From: an uncultured Verrucomicrobiae bacterium | GTDB lineage: Bacteria; Verrucomicrobiota; Verrucomicrobiia; Chthoniobacterales; JAFAMB01 | Reading direction: 5' to 3' | Length of the DNA stretch: 64,000 nucleotides | Assembly (NCBI GenBank): GCA_963782115.1 | Contig: CAWAIK010000001.1 | Span: forward strand, 768,001-832,000 | In this document: piece after piece, positions 11,856 through 22,154 of the stretch | Layout of the letters: every line of letters starts with the position of its first letter | Numbering within the stretch: position 1 is the first letter of the stretch | Made by a program: the position numbers and the translations under genes | Notes under the pieces: model-generated | What the model saw: only the letters and a program-made list of their open reading frames with translations | What the model was told of the DNA's origin: nothing | Database searches by the model: none

Positions 11856-12400
11856 AGGCAGGACAGACAAGGAAGATACCTCTCTAAGTTTGGGAGAGAA
11901 TTCTTCTTCAGGATGTTCGTCTCGCGGTTGACGGGTACGAGATTCCAGAGCTCATCGTGAACAACAAAGCTCCACGGCAAGAAGTGATCGATATGGATTT
12001 TGTCCTCAAGAGGCTTTCCGGAATAGATATCACCAATATCTTCCGAAGCGCCTCTAGCACGCAAACGTTCGCGGACAGCGCCAAAGAATTTCTTAGCATT
12101 CCCAAGATCTCTATTTGATGGCGCATCCAGTTTCTCCACAATACCAGGAACATTCGGGTTTCTCCTCTGCCAGAATCGAATCAGCTGGTAACGCGTGTTC
12201 CCCACCAGCACAGAATAGTGGTCCTTGAAAAATTGTCTCCAAGATGGCTCCAGGACAACGCGCAACTGATCGTCTGTGAAGTGATAGGGCGAAGGAAGCG
12301 ACAATCGCCCCCGGGATCCGTAAGCTGCAGGGTGACTGTCGAACGTACGTCTTACTAACCCCATCTGGTCGTCAAGACGGATTCGATGAAATAGTCGTCC
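11856..12400 (-). pseudogene. HNH endonuclease C-terminal fragment
   Basis: DIYSGK...IDHFLPWSFVVHDELWNLVPVNRETNILKKNSLP, preceded by RRNPNVPGIVEKL. Confidence 0.75.
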
Positions 12401-12908
12401 AAGTCTCTCTGAATGTGCGTCGTCAGGATAAGTCTACTGCGAGGCAAACAGTAGTCTCGCCTTTCGCCGTCCACGTTACCCGCAGGCGAGCTAGCTACGA
12501 CAAAGAGACTAGTCATTGACATTTTCGTGCTGCTGAATCTGCACTGCCGCCGACCGCGTCTTCGCCAAAGAGTGAGCTCTTTGGGCGATATATAAAACAA
12601 AAGGCTTCGTACCCTTCCGTCCGTCGGTTGCTATTGCACCGTTCCAGTGATTTGCTCGATGGGATTTGCCGGGTGCTCCGACGTTGCCGGTACAGCGGGA
12701 ATACATTCAACCGCCAGATTTCGAAGTCAAGTTGCGGAGAGCCCCAGACCGGCGATAATGTAACGATCGGCCCGGCAACGTATAATTCAGAAGCCCAAAG
12801 CTTCGAAAGCCCATGGCCATTTGGTCCGGAATTCAATCCGCAGTAATGGCAAATTTGCAATAGATCGGAAGAAGACCTTGAAAACAGATACGTGCACGGT
12901 AACCCGAA

Positions 12909-14012
12909 ATGAACCCAACTAAATCGGATCAATTGCCTCAGATGCCGCTCGGTCAATTAACGAGAGCGAGTCTCATCATACGGTTCACAGTAATCGCGAT
13001 CGTGATCGCCGGAATTGCTGTTTTGTTTGCATATGCGGGCGGCTGGCTGACGCCGCACGCGCTCACGCCGGCATCAATGATCAACACGTTCCAGAAGGTG
13101 AACGGACTGCATCCCGGTTTTCGACGCAACCACGCCAAGGGTGTTTGTGTCAGCGGCTACTTCGAGAGCAATGGTCGCGCCGTTGCACTGTCCAAGGCTT
13201 CTGTATTTATCCCTGGCCGTGTATCAATAGTTGGACGGTTTTCACTGGCGGGAGGCCGACCATTTGCTGCCGATGCACCGCACATGATCCGCGGCATGGC
13301 GATATTGTTCAAACTGTCAGACGGCGAAGAATGGCGCACCGCCATGACCGACATTCCCGTTTTCACCGTGAAATCCGCCCAAGCATTTCACGATCAGTTG
13401 CTGGCGTTCGCACCGGATCCGGAGACGCGCAAACCCGATCCGGCCAAAATGAAAGCTTTTTTTGCGAAGTATCCGGAATCTGCCAAGGCGATGGAATTGA
13501 TCCGGAGTCATCCGGTCTCGTCCGGATTCGAGAACAGCACGTACAATAGCCTGAACGCCTTCCGTTTTATCAACTCCAAGGGCGCGGTCGTACCGGTTCG
13601 TTGGTCGATGGTGCCGTTCCAGCCGTTCCAGCCAGTCACAGAGCCCGCAGAGGGAGATAAGAATTACCTCTTCGACGCGCTAATTGCATCCATCCATAGC
13701 CATCCGCTGCAGTGGCACTTGGTCGTCACGATCGGTCAGCCGGAAGACCCGACCAATGACCCGACGATTCCCTGGCCGCCGGATCGGCAGCAGGTCGACG
13801 CAGGAACGTTGACGATCGACCACATCGAGAGCGATGATACAAGTCCCGCGCGCGACATCAACTTCGATCCGACCGTGCTGCCGTACGGGATCGCCACCTC
13901 GGACGATCCGATACTGAGTGTGCGATCGGCGGCTTATTCGGCGTCGTTCACCCGCCGCGAAGGCGAGCCCAAAGAACCCAGCGCTGTCTCTCCTGCCGAA
14001 ACTGAAAAATGA
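12909..14012 (+). CDS. Catalase-related peroxidase (SrpA-like), membrane-anchored or exported
   Basis: RRNHAKG, GRFS, RGMA and RSAAY heme-ligand motifs; hydrophobic N-terminal segment. Confidence 0.9.
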   Translation: MNPTKSDQLPQMPLGQLTRASLIIRFTVIAIVIAGIAVLFAYAGGWLTPHALTPASMINTFQKVNGLHPGFRRNHAKGVCVSGYFESNGRAVALSKASVFIPGRVSIVGRFSLAGGRPFAADAPHMIRGMAILFKLSDGEEWRTAMTDIPVFTVKSAQAFHDQLLAFAPDPETRKPDPAKMKAFFAKYPESAKAMELIRSHPVSSGFENSTYNSLNAFRFINSKGAVVPVRWSMVPFQPFQPVTEPAEGDKNYLFDALIASIHSHPLQWHLVVTIGQPEDPTNDPTIPWPPDRQQVDAGTLTIDHIESDDTSPARDINFDPTVLPYGIATSDDPILSVRSAAYSASFTRREGEPKEPSAVSPAETEK

Positions 14013-14581
14013 GCACTCCACAACCCCGCACACAGTTCGCCCTTCAGTCGCGCATCCTCCACTGGCTGATGGCAGTAATGATTCTGGCAATGCTGTTCAT
14101 CGGCGTCGCGATGGTCGCTTCGCTCGGAGACTATCATATGCTCCTGGCAATCCATCGGCCGCTGGGCATCTTGATCCTGATTCTGACGGCCATTCGGTTT
14201 ATAAATCGGATATGCACGAAGCTGCCGCCGTTTCCGCCGACCATGTCCCGTCAGGAAAGGTTCCTGGCTTCATCATCCGAGAAGCTGCTCTACGCTCTGA
14301 TGTTCGCCCAGCCACTCGTAGGTTGGAGCATGTTATCCGCCGGCCACTATCCTATCGTGATGTTCGGGCCAGTGCATCTGCCGCCGATTCTCCCGGCAAT
14401 CCCAACTCTCTATTCCGTATTGCGCAAAGCGCACACGGTTCTCGCGTATCTCCTGTTCTTGACGTTTCTGGCCCACCTCAGCGCGGTGCTGTTCCACACG
14501 CTTATCATTCGTGACCGTCTCCTGGACCGCATGGCTCTTTGGCCAACCCGCTCTCGCAACCATCCTCGAACTGCAGAGTGA
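14009..14581 (+). CDS. Cytochrome b561
   Basis: RILHWLMA, HRPLG, AHTVLAY and AHLSAVLFH; ATGA overlap with the catalase-like gene. Confidence 0.9.
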   Translation: MSTPQPRTQFALQSRILHWLMAVMILAMLFIGVAMVASLGDYHMLLAIHRPLGILILILTAIRFINRICTKLPPFPPTMSRQERFLASSSEKLLYALMFAQPLVGWSMLSAGHYPIVMFGPVHLPPILPAIPTLYSVLRKAHTVLAYLLFLTFLAHLSAVLFHTLIIRDRLLDRMALWPTRSRNHPRTAE

Positions 14582-15073
14582 ACTCGACGCCATCCTCCTG
14601 GGTTGCTTTGATCTTACCCCCTGGCGGGAAGACATCGGCGATCCTAGCCGTCTTCACGTTCATCGTCGACTGATCATCGAACCGGATGCTCAGCTTTCCT
14701 GGTTTAGCGGTTGCGACCTAAACGGTTCTGCCCTGTATCACGCTGGTTAACTTCTGGTTCCTTGGCATAAGCTTACCGGGGTCACTACACCAAACGTTAA
14801 AATCGTACGATAGCGATTCGCAGACCGCAGAATAGAATAGTACGTTTTGCGCGCGAAAAAAGGGCCGCCGGAAAAGTGCATTGGCCTGTTATCGCCATTC
14901 GAGCGGTTGGATCGGTGACACAGGCCCGAGGTGCAAGCAAACCGAAGTCCCGACAAGATGGTTTCCGGGTCGCATTCAGATATCGCCGTAACACGTTCCG
15001 AGGCGCAAGCACCCACTTGATCAACAGTAAATGTCGTGATACGACTTCATCCCACACAACCGAGGGGGCAGCC

Positions 15074-15754
15074 ATAAGCACGGACGAATTCCGTAGTAAC
15101 GACGCGGCCAGCGTCGCAAGAGTCGAGACGAAGCTCGAGGTGGTCGTCATCCCCGTCTCGGATGTCGACCGCGCGAAGGAGTTCTACGGGAGGCTCGGGT
15201 GGCGGCTCGACGCCGACTATGACAACGGTGACGACTTCCGCGTGATCCAGTTCACGCCGCCTGGCTCCGGATGCTCGGTCATCTTCGGCAAGAATGTCAC
15301 CGCCGCAGCACCCGGCTCCGCCCAGGGCCTGTACCTGATCGTCTCCAACATCGCCGCCGCCCGCGACGAGCTGCTCGCTCGCGGCGTCAAGATCAGCGAG
15401 GTTTTCCACGACGCCGGCGGCGTGTACGCCGGCCCGGACGAGCCCTACCTGTTTGGGCGGCTCCGGGTCAGCGGTCCGGATCCCGAGCATCGCAGCTACC
15501 GCTCGTTCGCCTCGTTCAGTGATCCGGACGGCAACGGCTGGCTGTTCCAGGAGATCACGACGCGGCTGGCCGGTCGCGTTGCCCCCGCGACGACGATCTT
15601 CGCGTCGGCGAACGATCTGGCGAGCGCGCTTCGGCGCGCCGCGGCCGCCCACGGGCAGCACGAGGCGCGGACGGGGCAAGCCGACTCGAACTGGCCAGAC
15701 TGGTACGCCGAGTACATGGTGCGCGAGCAGGCCGGCCAAGAGCTGCCGAAATGA
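15074..15754 (+). CDS. VOC/glyoxalase family protein (apparent start codon is ATA)
   Basis: LEVVVIPVSDVDRAKEFY...FSDPDGNGWLFQE; GAGGGGG RBS before an in-frame ATA. Confidence 0.8.
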   Translation: MSTDEFRSNDAASVARVETKLEVVVIPVSDVDRAKEFYGRLGWRLDADYDNGDDFRVIQFTPPGSGCSVIFGKNVTAAAPGSAQGLYLIVSNIAAARDELLARGVKISEVFHDAGGVYAGPDEPYLFGRLRVSGPDPEHRSYRSFASFSDPDGNGWLFQEITTRLAGRVAPATTIFASANDLASALRRAAAAHGQHEARTGQADSNWPDWYAEYMVREQAGQELPK

Positions 15755-15807
15755 ATGACTACGACGCGACCGTCCTGATGGGATCGAGCACGATTCGCTG
15801 ACCCGGA

Positions 15808-16209
15808 TCATAAACCGGGCCCGTTTATACCCAAGACGTTCTGCTCCTGAGATAACTGATTGCTATAAGCCGCCTCGATCTCATTTTGGGCAATCGACTT
15901 CTGGAGTGCAAGTTGTCTGTAGCGTTGATACGCTTTATCCCCGCCGACATAGACAAGTCCCCTTTGTTTATCGGCGTACGTGTAGAGCGCGCTGCCCTTG
16001 ACCGTGTTGCGTTCGAGCTTGTACGGAGTCATTCGGTTGTACAAAGCCCATTGCCTCTGCGTCGACGGGATCCGCGTCTGGAATCCGGCCGCAGACAACA
16101 GCGATTCCTTATTTTGCACCTGCGTGCCTGCACAGCCAGAGAATCCGGCCACAACCGCAAATATCAAAAAGAGGCTCAGATAGATGCCTAATGACTCTCT
16201 TTTGTTCAT
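15808..16209 (-). CDS. Hypothetical lipoprotein
   Basis: Hydrophobic signal with FSGC lipobox; LLSAAGF...YVGGDKAYQRY. Confidence 0.75.
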   Translation of the reverse strand: MNKRESLGIYLSLFLIFAVVAGFSGCAGTQVQNKESLLSAAGFQTRIPSTQRQWALYNRMTPYKLERNTVKGSALYTYADKQRGLVYVGGDKAYQRYRQLALQKSIAQNEIEAAYSNQLSQEQNVLGINGPGL

Positions 16210-16411
16210 GGTGAAATCGATTTGTTAAAGAGTTGATACAAAAGTCAAGCAGCGTAATTCTGCTTCGGGAGTTAACCTGATCGCTATCTTTCGTCATAAG
16301 TGCGGCCCGGCGCCCAGGGAGCAATTGATCGTTCTGGATGGCACCTCGCCGGCGGAAAGTCCATTATGATGGGAACGCATTGCCTCCACTGTCAGTCGCA
16401 AAGAAGAGCCG

Positions 16412-16790
16412 ATGGCAGCCAAGCTCAAATTGATACCCGGTAGAACGATTCGCTGGGGTGCCAGGCGATTCGTCGTATCCCACTACGTCGGTTTGGACGC
16501 CGTCATTGCCAGGGAAGTGGGCAAGCGGATTCGTTTCGCCGGCGGGAAGCTGCGGAAGGCAAATCTCGATTTGTGGGTCACTCGGAACACTGGTGTTGTA
16601 ACCAACGCCGCCTATCCATTCGATTCGCCAAAGAAGGTCCTCGTCGGAGAAGTCTTCAATCGCATAGACGGCCTCAGCCATTCGAAAATCATAACCGACC
16701 GACGTTTTTCATTCGCAAATAGCGCCCTTGTATTCGCATTTAATTCTCGGCTACCCGCCCAGATTCGCAAATAATTTCCGGATTGACACA
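16412..16790. mobile_element. Possible Tn7/Tn6022-like transposition gene scraps fused head-to-head
   Basis: Plus strand MAAKLKLIPGRTIRWGARRFVV resembles a TnsB/TniA N-terminus. Minus strand IEDFSDEDLLWRIEWIGGV...PSDPQIEI resembles a TnsE/TniE N-terminus. Recalled similarity only. Confidence 0.3.
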
Positions 16791-16935
16791 ACGCCCAAGC
16801 TCTTGCGATACCCAACTACCCGTCATCGTTAAATCTCGAAAAGGCCAAAGACAAATGCGCGTGCGGCGAGCAGTTACCAGAATCTCTGGTATACTGGTAA
16901 GCCAACCGTTATTAGAATTGGTCGCAGGAGCAGAC

Positions 16936-17961
16936 TTACTTCTGCTTTGGCCACACGTCTGGGACCGTGGTCGCCAGCCATTTCACAAAAGCTGCATTTA
17001 CCTCAACCGGCTTTTCTTGAGCCAGCCGATGACCTGAGCGAATCGTCTCTTCTGTGAGATTGCGACAGTAGGTGCGCATGGGCTCAGGCAACCGGGAATG
17101 AGTGCATTCGCAGATGTAGTCATACTGTGCATTTAGGAATAAGACGGGCATATCGAGGTAGCCGCCATTCTGGGCCGTTCTGGCGTACTCGGCGTTGAGG
17201 CCATGATTCATATACCAGGAACCTGGCCCAAAAAATCCGTTCCGCGTCAGCGCGGCGACATAGACGCTCAGGTCTTGTTCGGTCACTACGTCGTTGTCTA
17301 GCGGCAGGTTGGGAATCGGATTCACCCCGAGGAAGCTGTGACTCCGACGAGCCGTTGCGGTGAATGCTCGTTGCCCCTCCCCGGCTGGGTTCCCCTTGCG
17401 AAACAGCAGCTTCACAAATTCGTAGACGTTCGCATCCATGGACGCGATAGCCTCGGCGAAACTCTCTTCATAGTAGCGCATGTAATCCCACTGACCTGCA
17501 GGAAATTCATTTTCCGGATAAAGCTCGCGATCGACCAAGGGCAGCACGTGGTCCAACCCACGTTCAAGCGTGTAGTAGGGCACACATAAATTGGCGACGG
17601 CATGACAGCGGTCCGGGTCATAGCTGGCGAGATTCCACACTACCGGGCTCCCCCAATCATGACCTACCCACACGGCTTTCTTTCTGCCCACAGCTTCGAG
17701 GAGCTCGATCATGTCTTGAACGATATGTTCCTGGGCGTAGTCACTGTGCTGAGGGTACACTGAGGAACGTCCATAGCCGCGCATGTCTGGTGCGATGGCG
17801 CGAAACCCTAGCGCCGCGAGTGCGGGAAGTTGATTCCGCCAACTAATCGATAACTCAGGCCAGCCATGCACGAAGATGACGAGCGGCCCATTTTCCGGCC
17901 CGGCTGCCAAATAGAAGGTGGTATGCCTTCGTGTCTTTACGGTGTGTTCGGTGATGGGCAT
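16936..17961 (-). CDS. Epoxide hydrolase-like alpha/beta hydrolase
   Basis: HGWPE, PDMRGYG, GHDWG nucleophile elbow, SGH catalytic His. Confidence 0.9.
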   Translation of the reverse strand: MPITEHTVKTRRHTTFYLAAGPENGPLVIFVHGWPELSISWRNQLPALAALGFRAIAPDMRGYGRSSVYPQHSDYAQEHIVQDMIELLEAVGRKKAVWVGHDWGSPVVWNLASYDPDRCHAVANLCVPYYTLERGLDHVLPLVDRELYPENEFPAGQWDYMRYYEESFAEAIASMDANVYEFVKLLFRKGNPAGEGQRAFTATARRSHSFLGVNPIPNLPLDNDVVTEQDLSVYVAALTRNGFFGPGSWYMNHGLNAEYARTAQNGGYLDMPVLFLNAQYDYICECTHSRLPEPMRTYCRNLTEETIRSGHRLAQEKPVEVNAAFVKWLATTVPDVWPKQK

Positions 17962-18002
17962 GTCAGGCGTCTTTAGACAAGGTTGAGGTTCGGTCGAACG
18001 TT

Positions 18003-18378
18003 TCAACGACACTGAGTAACGCCCTCGATCACGCCTGCCGGGTCCTGAACCAACGACCTAAGCTGCTTGAGCTTGGACTGAACCGCCAGGATTCGGCCTT
18101 CGAAAGTTGTCAAAGGTGTAACAGTTGTCTCCATGAGCGGCCAAAGCGGTAAACTTTCGATTAGGACATCAAGCTCCAGGTCGGATTCCATTTTCCAGCA
18201 CAAACGCCAATTGGATGGATGCGCTCACCGGTCCTCCTGCTAATAGCTGCCCCTTGACTTGCCACTTCTGGCAAATCTCGATGCTAGGCAAAATATATCG
18301 CTCGATCAAAAAGATGCCGTCATGGGTATCTTTGGGGCGTGCTGAGCCGGAAAGATTCATTTCGATAAGGTATCGCAT
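18003..18378 (-). pseudogene. Muconolactone isomerase/YCII-like small protein, frameshifted near 18195
   Basis: MRYLIEM...LAGGP...AFVLE continues as ESDLELDVLIESLPLWPLMETTVTPL in another frame. Confidence 0.55.
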
Positions 18379-18544
18379 TTTTGGTCTCTCTTTTCCTCGT
18401 GTGCTATCATCCCACGCTTGTTTTTGCTCTTGGCAGAAGGCAGGTCGATCAATCGCCGATCGAGTAGGAGCGCCCAATGCGGCTGCGGCGCCAATTGATC
18501 GGATCCGGGCGAGGCGGGATCGGGCCGTGCGCCCTACCTCGTGA

Positions 18545-18568
18545 TGAGTCTGCAAATTTGCAGACTCA
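18545..18568. repeat. Perfect 24-bp palindrome
   Basis: TGAGTCTGCAAATTTGCAGACTCA. Confidence 0.9.
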
Positions 18569-18755
18569 GCTCCCTAGTAAACCCAGGGGGGAGGGGCCTG
18601 GGGCCGTGCACCGGGCGCAAAAGTTAAGCTCAAAACTCCAGATCCCCTCCCTGCCGGCATATAGCAGGAAAGGAACTGAGATGAGACGGTTTTGCTCTTG
18701 TAGAAGAGGCTGAAGAAAGGTGCCTTTTTTGCCCGAATGTGGCAACAATTTCGGC

Positions 18756-19232
18756 ATGCCACAGGTACAATTGCCGATCTTTCCGGCAGGAGTCACGCAC
18801 ATCAATTCGGAGATCGCCTATGAGGAGCGGGATGGAAAGGTGTACTACTTTAATGGCCATCTGCCGGTGTTTGTCCATGAGAAGAGTGCTCTGGCGACTT
18901 TCCGGCTTTTTAGTACCCAATTAGTCATCAATGGCAATGCGACTCAAGCGGAGATATCTCGTGCGTTCGGGGTGCCGCTGGTCACCGTCAAACGCTATGT
19001 GAAGCTCTACCGGGAGCATGGGGCAGCGGCCTTTTTTGCCCCTGCCAAGAAGCGCTCGGGCAGCAAATTGACTGCGGAAGTTTGCCAACAGGTTCAAGGG
19101 TTATTGGACCAGGGACTGACGGTGCCTGAAGTGGGTCGGGAGGTGGGGATTTTGTCCAATACCTTGCACAAGGCGATCCGTGCGGGTCGTCTGCGGGCCG
19201 GAAAAAAAAAGATTTATCCAACGATGCGATAG
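18756..19232 (+). CDS. IS OrfA, HTH DNA-binding protein
   Basis: QAEISRAFGVPLVTVKRY HTH plus a second HTH; ends just after the GGA-AAA-AAA-AAG slippery run. Confidence 0.8.
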   Translation: MPQVQLPIFPAGVTHINSEIAYEERDGKVYYFNGHLPVFVHEKSALATFRLFSTQLVINGNATQAEISRAFGVPLVTVKRYVKLYREHGAAAFFAPAKKRSGSKLTAEVCQQVQGLLDQGLTVPEVGREVGILSNTLHKAIRAGRLRAGKKKIYPTMR

Positions 19233-20974
19233 CGAGCACCAAGAGCGAGCGCAGTCTAGCAGACATTCAAGCCCCGTTGGGTCGAGCAACAACGCGCAGC
19301 CTGGAACGGGTGGCGGCCAGCGTCGGCATGCTCCATGGGGCTCCCATTGAGTTTGAACTGGTTAAAGATGTTCCCGATGGAGGCGTGCTGTTTGCTCTGC
19401 CGGCGCTGTTGTTACTTGGACTCTTGAGCAAGAGCCGGGAGATGTTTTCGATGTTGGAGGGCTTCTATCCGCTGGAGAGCATCTTTCTACTTCTGGCGCT
19501 CATAGCCCTAGCGCGTATTCCTTCGCTGGAAGCGTTGCGCTATGTGGCGCCGGGAGAATGGGGCAAGCTCATGGGGCTGGATCGCATTCCCGAAGTGCGC
19601 ACCCTGCGGCAAAAGATCACCCAACTCTGCTCTGAGCAGGGTCTGGCTGAGCGCTGGAGCAACGCTCTGGCCAAGCAATGGATGGCGCAGGAACCGGAGT
19701 GCGCCGGGGTTTTTTACGCCGATGGTCATGTGCGGGTTTATCATGGAAAACTCACCGATCTGCCTCGGCGTTATATTGCCCGAGAACGGCTCTGTTTGCG
19801 CGGCACGACCGACTACTGGGTTAATGCCATGGACGGCCGACCTTTCTTTGTGGTCAGCTGCGCCGTCGATCCCGGTTTACTCAGTGTGTTACGCGATCAG
19901 ATTGTACCACGGCTCAAAGCCGATGTGCCAAACCAGCCCACTCTAGAGCAACTGGAAGCCGACCCACTCTTAAGCCGCTTTACGATCGTCTTCGACCGCG
20001 AAGGCTACTCGCCACGCTTCTTCGCCCAGATGAAAGAGGAGCGCATCGCGATCCTGACCTATCACAAGTTCCCTGGAGAGCTTTGGCCGGAGCAGGAATT
20101 TCGGACCCACAAGGTCAGCCTCGTCAATGGGGAGCAAGTCAGTCTGGAACTGGCCGAACGCGGTGTACGACTCTCCAATGATCTATGGGTGCGCGAGGTC
20201 CGGCACCTCTCGGAAAAAGGACACCAGAGCTCGATTTTAAGCACCGATTACCGCTCTGATTTGACCCGGGTAGCCGTGGCCATGTTTGCTAGATGGTGCC
20301 AGGAAATCTTTTTCAAATATATGCGTCAACACTACAATCTGGATCGATTAATCGAGTACCAAACTGAATCCATTCCTGATACAACCCGGGTCATCAACCC
20401 GGCCTGGCGCCAACTCGACAGCCAGATCCGCCGCCAAAACGGATTACTTAACCGTGAACTACTCCAATTCGCAGAAATCCAGTTGCCCCAAGAAATGGAG
20501 TCCCAACAAGTCGAAGCCTATCAGCAAAAGAAGGGTCAACTGCAGCAGGCCATTGAAGAACGCCGCCCCCAAATCGAGCAACTTAAAGCTCAACGCAAAG
20601 CGCTTCCCAAACACATCGAGATCAAAGATCTCCCTGAGCAGGATCGCTTCCGTCGGCTGCGTTCAGAGAAAAAACACTTCATCGACACGATCAAGCTCAT
20701 CGCTTATCGGGCTGAAACAGCCCTCGCCCAGCTTGCCCGCGAGAAGCTCAAACGCCTCGATGATGCCCGCTCACTGATTCGACAACTCTTCCGCACCGAA
20801 GTCGACCTCGTTCCCGACCAGCAAAATAAAACTCTGACCGTGCGTTTGCACCCAATGAGCACCCAAGCACATGACGAAATCCTCCGCCACATCTGCGCAG
20901 AAATAACAGCTACAGAAACTGTTTTTCCAGGCACCGATCTGCGCCTCGTTTACGAAATCTCCGGCTCATCCTAA
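19211..20974 (+). CDS. IS OrfB, RNase H-like DDE transposase, probably fused to OrfA by a -1 frameshift
   Basis: YADGH, VFDREGY and RWCQE motifs; the -1 frame is open from the A9G run at 19202-19211. Confidence 0.85.
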   Translation, partial: DLSNDAIASTKSERSLADIQAPLGRATTRSLERVAASVGMLHGAPIEFELVKDVPDGGVLFALPALLLLGLLSKSREMFSMLEGFYPLESIFLLLALIALARIPSLEALRYVAPGEWGKLMGLDRIPEVRTLRQKITQLCSEQGLAERWSNALAKQWMAQEPECAGVFYADGHVRVYHGKLTDLPRRYIARERLCLRGTTDYWVNAMDGRPFFVVSCAVDPGLLSVLRDQIVPRLKADVPNQPTLEQLEADPLLSRFTIVFDREGYSPRFFAQMKEERIAILTYHKFPGELWPEQEFRTHKVSLVNGEQVSLELAERGVRLSNDLWVREVRHLSEKGHQSSILSTDYRSDLTRVAVAMFARWCQEIFFKYMRQHYNLDRLIEYQTESIPDTTRVINPAWRQLDSQIRRQNGLLNRELLQFAEIQLPQEMESQQVEAYQQKKGQLQQAIEERRPQIEQLKAQRKALPKHIEIKDLPEQDRFRRLRSEKKHFIDTIKLIAYRAETALAQLAREKLKRLDDARSLIRQLFRTEVDLVPDQQNKTLTVRLHPMSTQAHDEILRHICAEITATETVFPGTDLRLVYEISGSS

Positions 20975-22154
20975 TTCAAGGGGATCTGGCGGTCTGAAGC
21001 TACGGGACGAATAGCCCAGAACCGCTCTGCCGCTTCTTTCGTAACGAGTTTGCGGTAGACATCGATCATAACCTGGACTGAGTGCCCGCCTTCTTCAGCG
21101 GTAATCTCGGCGGAGCCAGTAGCTCGGTAACGATAGCTGCAAAAGGAATCCCGTAAGCGATTTTCCGACCACGGCCACAACCCCGCCGCCTTTACCGACC
21201 GCTCCCAAGGGTTCTGGTACGCTACGTTGCCGTTGCATGTTAAAGGGACAATGCGCCCTTGCTTCTTCACGAAGGGAACCAGGAAGGCCATCAGCGCAGG
21301 TTGTACGGGCACTAGGCGACGTTCGCCCGTCTTCGAAATCGACTTCGGAATGTCAATATAAGGTTCGGCGTCGTTTAAAATAAAATGCTTCCACTCGATA
21401 AGGTCCCGCTCCGAAGTGCGCAATCCAGCAAAAATACCGACAGCAATAAAGGGCAATACGGAAGGCTTGGCGGCATCTAAGAGCCGTTTCGCTTCTTCGG
21501 GAGTAAGCGGAAAGGGCGGCGCTTCGCTCTTCTTATTGCGCATGAAGTTTTCCACCTTTTCGAACGGATGCTCGGCGAGCAGACCTTTTCGTACGGCTAT
21601 CCCGTACGCATTGCGGATATAACCGAAAATCTTCATCCTGGTTTTCGGCGCCAAATCGAGCCCTGTAAGCCAGTCCTTTACCTCGTTACCATTTAAGGTC
21701 TTAATTGGGCGATCTCCGAACCGAGCTTCGAACTTCTTCAATTCGGAATCCATCGTTCGCTTATGTCGAAGGGTTGCGCCCTCGTTTGCTCGTCGGAAAA
21801 CGAACTCCTCCCGAACGATCTTGCAAAGTTCAGCAACAGAAACGGAATTCGAAACTTGATTGAGGTGAGCTTTATAAAATCGAACGGCATCACGGATCGT
21901 TTTACCGAACGGCGCTAGTTCCGCTGCGCCTTCTGCCGCCATTACGATTAAAGAGTTGTCCACCTTAGCGGAATCTTGCCCGAGTCGGCGAAGCTTGATA
22001 TTGCGTTCGGTTGCTTCCGCTTGCGCTTGGGTTTTGGTCGGGAACCATGCTCTTTCTTTACCCCGTTTGGCCTTCCGATGATGTACCAATAAAGTTCTCC
22101 GTTTGGTATCGAGGATTTTTTAACTTCGTATTCCGGCTTCGCCTGACGTCCCAT
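20971..22154 (-). CDS. Tyrosine recombinase/integrase beside tRNA-His (1-bp frameshift near 22062)
   Basis: FAGLRTSE, SKTG, NRLRDSF, GHS and Y motifs. N-terminal MGRQAK...YWYIIGRPNG lies in a different frame. Confidence 0.85.

Larger units (their letters stand above)
18630..20997 (+). mobile_element. Apparently complete insertion sequence (~2.37 kb) with 19-bp TIRs and a 3-bp AGC target duplication
   Basis: Left TCAAAACTCCAGATCCCCT vs reverse complement of right end TCAGACCGCCAGATCCCCT (16/19 match). AGC at 18627-18629 and 20998-21000. Confidence 0.85.
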
